Positions 56,182 to 64,000 of a stretch of 64,000 bases of DNA are shown in pieces. The position numbers and the translations under genes were made by a program. The notes under the pieces were generated by a model. That model had not been told where the DNA came from. It did no database searches and saw nothing but the letters and a program-made list of their open reading frames with translations. Source of the DNA: the human T2T-CHM13v2.0 reference genome, Homo sapiens; assembly GCF_009914755.1 (NCBI RefSeq), contig NC_060940.1; one strand, given 5' to 3'. How positions within the stretch are numbered: position 1 is the stretch's first letter; each line of letters begins with the position of its first letter.

Positions 56182-58480
56182 GATGATTCCACTCGATTCC
56201 ATTTGATGATTATTCCATTGGAGTCCACTTAGTGAATCCTTTAGATTCTACTCGACGATGATTCCATTCGAGTCCATTCCATGATACCATTCAATTTCAT
56301 TCGTTGATGCTTCCATTCAAGTGCATTCGATGATATCATTCGATTCCATTTGATGATAATTCCATTTGATTCCGTGCGATGATTCTATTCGATTCCATTC
56401 AATGATAATTCCATTCAATTCAGTGATTCCTCTGGACTCCATTTGATGATGATTCCATTCAATGATTCCATTCGATTCTATTCCAAAATGATTCCATTTG
56501 AATCCATTTGATGATGATTCCATTAGATTCCATTTGATGATTCCATTCGATTGCATTTGACGATGATTCCATTCGATTCCATTTGATGATTCCATTCTAT
56601 TCTATTCGATGATGATTCCATTCGATTCCATTTGATGATGATTGGATTCGATTCCATTTGATGATTTCATTTGATTCCATTCGTTAATGATTTCGATCAA
56701 CTCCATCCGTTGATTCCATTTGATTCCATTCGATAATGATTACATCCGAGTCCACTCGATGATTCCATTTGAGCCCGTTCGATAATTCCATTTGAGTCCA
56801 ATCAATGATTCCATTCATTTCCATTCAATGATTCCATTCGAGTCCATTTGATCATTCTGGTAGGGTCCGTTCGATGTTGATTCCATTGGAGTGCATTCGA
56901 TGATTCCATTCGAGTCCATTTTAGGATTTGATTCGAGTCCTTTCGATGATTCCATTCGATTCCACTCGATGATGATTTCATTCGAGTCCATTCGACACTT
57001 CCAATCGATTCCATTTGATGTTTCCATTCGAGTCCAATTGATGATTCCATTCAATTCCATTCGATGATGATTCCGTACGATTCCATTCTGTGATGATTCC
57101 ATGTGATTGCATTCCATGATGATTCCTTTCGATTGCATTCGATTATGATTCATTTCGTGTTCATTCTATGGTTCCACAGGTTACCATTCGATGACGTTTC
57201 CGTTCGTGTCCATTCCATTATTCCATTCTATTTCATTTGATGATGATTCCATTCGATTCCATTCATTGGTGATTCCACTCAATTCCATTCAATGATTCCA
57301 TTCCATTTCTTTCAACAATGATTCCATTAGTTTCTATTCGATGATCCACTTGATTCCATTTGGCGATGATTCCATTCGTGTCCATTCGATGATTCCATTT
57401 GATTCCATATGATGATGATTCCATTCGATTCCATACCATGATGATTCCATTCGAGTCCATTCAATGGTGATTCCATTCAATTCCATTCGATGATTCCTTC
57501 CGATTCCATTCGATGATGATGGCATTCGATTCCTTTCAATCATTCCCTTTGATTCCATTCAAAGGTGATTTCATTCAAGTCCATTCGATAATTGCATTCG
57601 ATTCCATTCTATGATGATTCCATTCGAGTCCATTTGATGATTCCATTCAATTCAAGTCAATGATGATTCCATTCAATTCCACTCGATGATTCCATTGGAT
57701 TCCATTCGATGATGATTCCATTCAAATCCATTCGATAATTCAATTCAAGTCCATTCGATGATGATTCCAATCGAATCCATTCAAAGATTCCATTCAATTC
57801 CATTCGATGATGATTCCCTTAGATTCCATTCGATGATTCCACTTGATTCCATTTACGATGATTCCATTCGATTCCATGTGATGAATCCATTCAATTCTAT
57901 TCAATGATGTTTCCATTTGATTCCATTGGACCATGATTGCCTTTGATTCCATTCAATGATTCCATTCGGTTCCATTTGATGATGATTCCGTTCGATTCCA
58001 TTTCATTATTCCATTTGATTCCATTGGATGAGTCCATTCGATTACATTCGATGATTATTCCATTCGAGTGCATTAGATGATTGCATTCGAGTCCATTCGA
58101 TGATTCCATTCGATTCCATTCGATGTTGATTCTGTTCAAATCCATTCGATGATTCCACTCGATTCCAATCGATGACTCCATTTGATCCCATTCGATGATT
58201 TCCTGTGATTCCCTTTGATGATCATTCTATTTGATTCAATTCGGTGATTTCATTTCATTCCATTCAGTGATGTTTCCATTCGACTGTATTCGATGATGAT
58301 TCCATTCGACTCCATTCGATTATGATTTCATTCAATTCCATTCAACAATGATTCCCTTCGAGTCCATTCGATGATTCCATTCGATTCCATTCAACGATGA
58401 TTTGATTCGTTTCCATTCGATGATTCCATTTGATTCCACTTGATGATGATTCCATTCGAGTCCATTTGATGATTCCATTC

Positions 58481-60311
58481 GAGTCTTTTTATGTATTATA
58501 CTCTTGTCCACTTCATGATTCCATTCAATTCCATTTAATGTTGATTCCATTTGATTCCATTTGATGATTCAGTTCGATTCCTTGCAATGATTCCCTACGA
58601 TTCCTTTCTCTGATGATTCCATTCGATTCCATTCATTGATGATTTCATTCGACTCCATTCGATGATGATTCCTTTCGATTCCATTTGACGATGTTTCCAT
58701 TCGAGTCCATTCGATGATGATTCTATTCAATTCTGTTCTATTATGATTCCATTCGATTTCATTCAATGCTTCTATTTGATTCCATTCGATGATGATTCCA
58801 TCTCTTTCCCTTCGATGATTCCATTTGATTCCATTCAGTGATGATTCCATTTGATTCCATCTGATGATGATTTCACTTGATTCCTTTCAATGATGATTCA
58901 ATTCAAGTCCATTCGATGATTCCATTGGAGTCCAAACGATCATTCCGTTCGATTCCATTCAATGGTGATTCCATTCATGTCCATTCGATGAATCCATTCA
59001 ATTCCATTCGATGATGACTCCATTCGAGTACATTCGATGATTCCATTTGATTCCATTTGAAGATGATTCCATTCAATTCCATTCGAAGATGATTCCATTC
59101 AATTCCATTCGATGATGATTCCGTATGAATCCATTCTCTGATTATTCCATTCGATTCCATTCATTGACGATTCCATTCAATTCCATTCAATGATGATTCT
59201 CTTCTATTCCATTCGATGATTCCGGTCGATTCCATTCGATGATGATTCCATTAGATTCCATTCGATTGTTGCATTCGATTCCCTTCGATGATGATTCCTT
59301 TGAATTCCATTCGATTATCATTCCGTATGAATCCATTTGATGATTATTCCATTGGATTCCTTTCGATGATGATTCCATTCGATTCCATTTGATGATGTTT
59401 CTCTTGTATTCCATTGGATAATTCCTTTCAGTTCCCTTCGATGATTATTCTTTCGAGTCAATTCGATGATTCTATTCCATTCCCTTCGATGATGATTCCA
59501 TTTCACTCCATTTGATGATTCCATTCGACTCAATTTGGTGATGATTCAATTCGATGACATTCGATGACTCCATTCAATTTCATTTGATGATGATTACATT
59601 CGAGTCCATTTGATGATTGTATTCCTTTCCTTTTGATGATTATTCCATTCGTGTCTATTCAAAGGTTCCATTCTATTCCATTCAATGATGATTGCATTTG
59701 ATTCCATTCAATGATTATGGCTATCGATTCCACTCGTTGATTCCATTTGATTCCGTTCGATGATTATTCCGTTAGATTCCATTAGAAGATTCCATTCGAT
59801 TTTATTCAATGATTCCAATGGATTCCATTCAATGATGATTCCATTCGACTCCATTCAGTGATTCCATTCGAGTCCATTTGATGATTCCATTCTTTTCCAT
59901 TTGATGATGATTCCATTAGGGTCCATTCAATGATTCCATTCGAGTCCATTCGTTAATGCCTTTCGAGTCCTTTTGATCACTACATTCGAGTCCATTCAAT
60001 GATTCTATTCGATTCCATTCCATGATGATTCCATTCGAGTTCATTCGATGATTGCATTCGAGTCCATTTGATGATTCCATAGGATTCCCTTCGACAATGA
60101 TTCCATTCGTGTCCATTTGATGATTCCATTCATTTCCTATCGATGAAGATTCCATTCAAGTGTATTCGATGATTCCATTCAAATCCATTCGATGATGATT
60201 CCATTCCAGTCCATTCGATCATTCCACTTGATTCCATTTGATGACTATTCCATTCAAATCCATTTGATGATTCCATTCGATTCCATTCGATGTTACCATT
60301 CGAGTATATAC
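58481..60311 (+). repeat. Block B, copy 3
   Basis: Same landmarks and junctions at +18033 from copy 2 (ORFs 40942/58975, 41883/59916). Confidence 0.88.
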
Positions 60312-63300
60312 GATGATTCCACTCGATTCCATTTGATGATTATTCCATTGGAGTCCACTTAGTGAATCCTTTAGATTCTACTGGAAGATGATTCCATTCG
60401 AGTCCATTCGATGATACCATTCAATTCCATTCGTTGATGCTTCCATTCAAGTGCATTCGATGATATCATTCGATTCCATTTGATGATAATTCCATTTGAT
60501 TCCATGCGATGATTCTATTCGATTCCATTCAATGATAATACCATTCAATTCAGTGATTCCTCTGGACTCCATTTGATGATGATTCCATTCAATGATTCCA
60601 TTCGATTCTATTCGAAAATGATTCCATTTGAATCCATTTGATGATGATTCCATTGGATTCCATTTGATGATTCCATTCGATTCCATTCGATGATGATTCC
60701 ATTCGATTCCTTTTGATGATTCCATTCTATTGTATTCGATGATGATTCCATTCGATTCCATTCGATGATGATTGGATTCGATTCCATTTGATTCCATTCG
60801 ATAATGATTTCGATCAATTCCATTCGATGATTCCATTCGATTCCATTCGATAATGATTACATCCGAGTCCATTCGATGATTCCATTTGAGCCCGTTCGAT
60901 AATTCCATTTGAGTCCAATCAATGATTCCATTCATTTCCATTCAATGATTCCATTCGAGTCCATTTGATCATTCCGGTAGGGTCCGTTCGATGTTGATTC
61001 CATTGGAGTGCATTCGATGATTCCATTCGAGTCCATTTTAGGATTTGATTCGAGTCCTTTCGATGATTCCATTCGATTCCACTCGATGATTTCATTCGAG
61101 TCCATTCGACACTTCCAATCGATTCCATTTGATGATTCCATTCGAGTCCAATTGATGATTCCATTCAATTCCATTCGATGATGATTCCGTACGATTCCAT
61201 TCTGTGATGATTCCATGTGATTGCATTCAATGATGATTCCTTTCGATTGCATTCGATTATGATTCATTTCGTGTTCATTCTATGGTTCCACAGGTTTCCA
61301 TTCGATGATGTTTCCATTCGTGTCCATTCCATTATTCCATTCTATTCCATTTGAAGATGATTCCATTCGATTCCATTCATTGGTGATTCCACTCAATTCC
61401 ATTCAATGATTCCATTCCATTTCTTTCAACAATGATTCCATTAGTTTCTATTCGATGATCCACTTGATTCCATTTGACGATGATTCCATTCGTGTCCATT
61501 CGATGATTCCATTTGATTCCATATGATGATGATTCCATTCGATTCCATACGATGATGATTCCATTCGAGTCCATTCAATGGTGATTCCATTCAATTCCAT
61601 TCGATGATTCCTTTCGATTCCATTCAATGATGATGGCATTCGATTCCTTTCGATCATTCCCTTTGATTCCATTCAAAGGTGATTTCATTCAAGTCCATTC
61701 GATAATTGCATTCGATTCCATTCTATGATGATTCCATTCGAGTCCATTTGATGATTCCATTCAATTCAAGTCAATGATGATTCCATTCGATTCCACTCGA
61801 TGATTCCATTGGATTCCATTCGATGATGATTCCATTCAAATCCATTCGATAATTCAATTCAAGTCCATTCGATGATGATTCCAATCGAATCCATTCAAAG
61901 ATTCCACTCAATTCCATTCGATGATGATTCCCTTAGATTCCATTCGATGATTCCACTTGATTCCATTTACGATGATTCCATTCGATTCCATGTGATGATT
62001 CCATTCAATTCTATTCAATGATGTTTCCACTTGATTCCATTCGAACATGATTGCCTTTGATTCCATTCAATGATTCCATACGGTTCCATTTGATGATGAT
62101 TCCATTGGAGTGCATTAGATGATTCCATCCGAGTCCATTTGATGATTCCATTCGATTCCATTCGATGTTGATTCTGTTCAAATCCATTCGATGATTCCAC
62201 TCGATTCCATTCGATGACTCCATTTGATCCCATTCGATGATTTCCTTTGATTCCCTTTGATGATCATTCCATTTGATTCAATTCGGTGATTTCATTTGAT
62301 TCCATTCAGTGATGTTTCCATTCAACTCCTTTCGATGATGATTCCATTCGACTCCATTCGATTATGACTTCATTCAATTCCATTCGATAATGATTCCCTT
62401 CAAGTCCATTCGATGATTCCATTCGATTCCATTCAACGATGATTTGATTCGTGTCCATTCGATGATTCCATTTGATTCCATTTGATGATGATTCCATTCG
62501 AGTCCCTTTGATGATTCCATTCAATTCCATTCTCCGATGATTTCTTTTGAGCCCATTCAATGCTTCCACTCGATTCCATATGATGATGACTCCATTTGAT
62601 GAAATTCCATGATGATTCCATTCGCTTGCATTCGATGATGATTCCACTTGAGTCCGTTAGAAGATTCTATTCAATTACATTCCATGACGATTCTGTTCGT
62701 GTCCATTTGATGATTCCATTAGACTCCATTCGACGATGATTCCATTCGATGTTATTCGATGATGATTCCATTCAACTCCATTCGATGTTTCCATTCGAGG
62801 TCATTCTATTATTCCATTAGATTCCATTCGATGATGATTCCATTCGATTCCATTTGATGATTGCATTCTATTTCATTTGATGATGATTCCATTCGAGTCC
62901 ATTCGATGATTCCATTCGAGTCTATTTAATGAATCCATTGGTTTCAATTCTATGATGATTACATTGGATTCCATTCGTTGATGATTTCATTCGATTCCAT
63001 TCAATGATGATTCCATTCAATTCCATTCAATGATTCCATTCAATTCCATACGATGATGATTCCATTTGATTTGATTCGACAGTGAGCCATTCGATTCAAT
63101 TCCATGATGATTCTATTTTATTCAATTGGTTGACATTTCCATTCGATTCCATTCGATGATGATTCCCTTTGATTCCATTCAAAGCTGATTCCATTCTAGC
63201 CCATTCAATCATTCCATTCGATTCTATTCAATGATGATTCCATTCATGTCGATTTGGTGATTCCATTTGACTTCATTTGATGATGATTCTTGTCAAGTTC

Positions 63301-64000
63301 ATTTGATGATTCCATTCGATTCCATTTGATGATGATCCCATTCGAGTCCATTTGATGATTCCACTCGTTTCCATTCCATGATGATTCCATTCCATTCCAT
63401 TCAATGATTCCATTCGATTCCGTTTGATGATGATTTCATTCGAGTCGATTTGATGATTCCATTTGATTCCATTCGATGATGATTACATTCGACTCCATAC
63501 GATGATTCCACTCAATTCCATATGATGATGATTCCATTCGATTCCATTCGATGATTCCACTTGATTCCATTTACGATGATTCCATTCTATTCCATGTGAT
63601 GATTCCATTCAGTTCTATTCAATGCTGTTTCCATTTGATTCCATTCGACCATGATTGCCTTTGATTCCATTCAATGACTCCATTCGGTTCCTTTTGATGA
63701 TGATTCCATTCGATTCCATTTCATTATTCCATTTGATTCCATTGGATGAGTCCATTCGATTACATTCGATGATTATTCCATTCGAGTGCATTAGATGATT
63801 CCATTCGAGTCCATTCGATGATTCCATTCGATTCCATTCGATGTTGATTCTGTTCAAATCCATTCGATGATTCCACTCGATTCCATTCGATGACTCCAGT
63901 TGATCCCATTCGATGATTTCCTTTGATTCCCTTTGATGATCATTCCATTTGATTCAATTCGGTGATTTCATTTGATTCCATTCAGTGATGTTTCCATTCG
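60312..64000 (+). repeat. Truncated deleted-type unit (unit pos. 862-4371) followed at 63560 by a restart at unit pos. ~2503
   Basis: Junction TCGATGATTCCA|CTTGATTCCATTTACG at 63559/63560. Marker offset 62011->63615 = 1604 = 1869-72-23-170. Confidence 0.83.

Larger units (their letters stand above)
1..64000 (+). repeat. Human satellite II (HSat2/HSATII) pericentromeric tandem array, CATTC strand on +
   Basis: Continuous diverged ATTCCATTCG-ATTCCATTCG-ATG(ATG) 23/26-bp repeats with abundant CATTCGATTC and CATTCGAGTC, the hallmark of HSat2 rather than the purer (CATTC)n of HSat3. No interruption or strand switch seen. Confidence 0.98.

Noticed and set aside
496-63863. More than 150 minus-strand ORFs of 60-164 aa (MESSNGIEWNH/MDSNGIII repeats)
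   Set aside because: They are translations of the (GAATG)n satellite strand, which is ATG-rich and stop-poor. They overlap in several frames and are gained or lost by single SNVs between copies. Such HSATII-derived peptides are a known source of spurious database proteins; if this window came from a microbial assembly it would indicate human contamination.
1-64000. CRISPR-like regular short repeats
   Set aside because: No unique spacers, no leader and no cas genes; the repeats are contiguous diverged satellite subunits.
1-64000. Assignment as HSat3 or alpha satellite, or presence of CENP-B boxes
   Set aside because: Long pure (CATTC)n runs are rare (about three units at most), ATG-spaced CATTCGATTC dominates, and no 171-bp monomer is present.

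Overview
The whole 64-kb window is one uninterrupted, single-orientation array of human satellite II (HSat2/HSATII; CATTC strand on +), built from 10/13/16-bp ATTCCATTCG(ATG)0-2 subunits. I see no genes, RNA genes, transposons, CRISPR arrays or inversions. The provided ORFs (MESSNGIEWNH...-type peptides) are translation artefacts of the (GAATG)n strand, useful only as positional markers. The base period is 6,112 bp, which from recollection matches the ~6.1-kb unit of the chr16 pericentromeric HSat2B array (not verified by alignment). 'Unit pos.' below means coordinates in window bases 1-6112. Layout: three intact 6,112-bp units (to 18395); five tandem copies of a 2,255-bp sub-unit (18396-29719); then a mosaic region. 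The mosaic region holds three copies of a 1,831-bp HSat2 block absent from the 6,112 unit (making a 4,130-bp alternative unit), deleted or patched units of 5,752 and 5,853 bp, an 8,050-bp unit with an internal 2-kb duplication, and a ~10-kb block repeated at 18,033-bp spacing. I found no evidence of an undescribed coding system; the interest lies in the readable record of satellite rearrangement. Lengths come from ORF-track offsets and junctions read by eye; breakpoints are ambiguous within microhomology.
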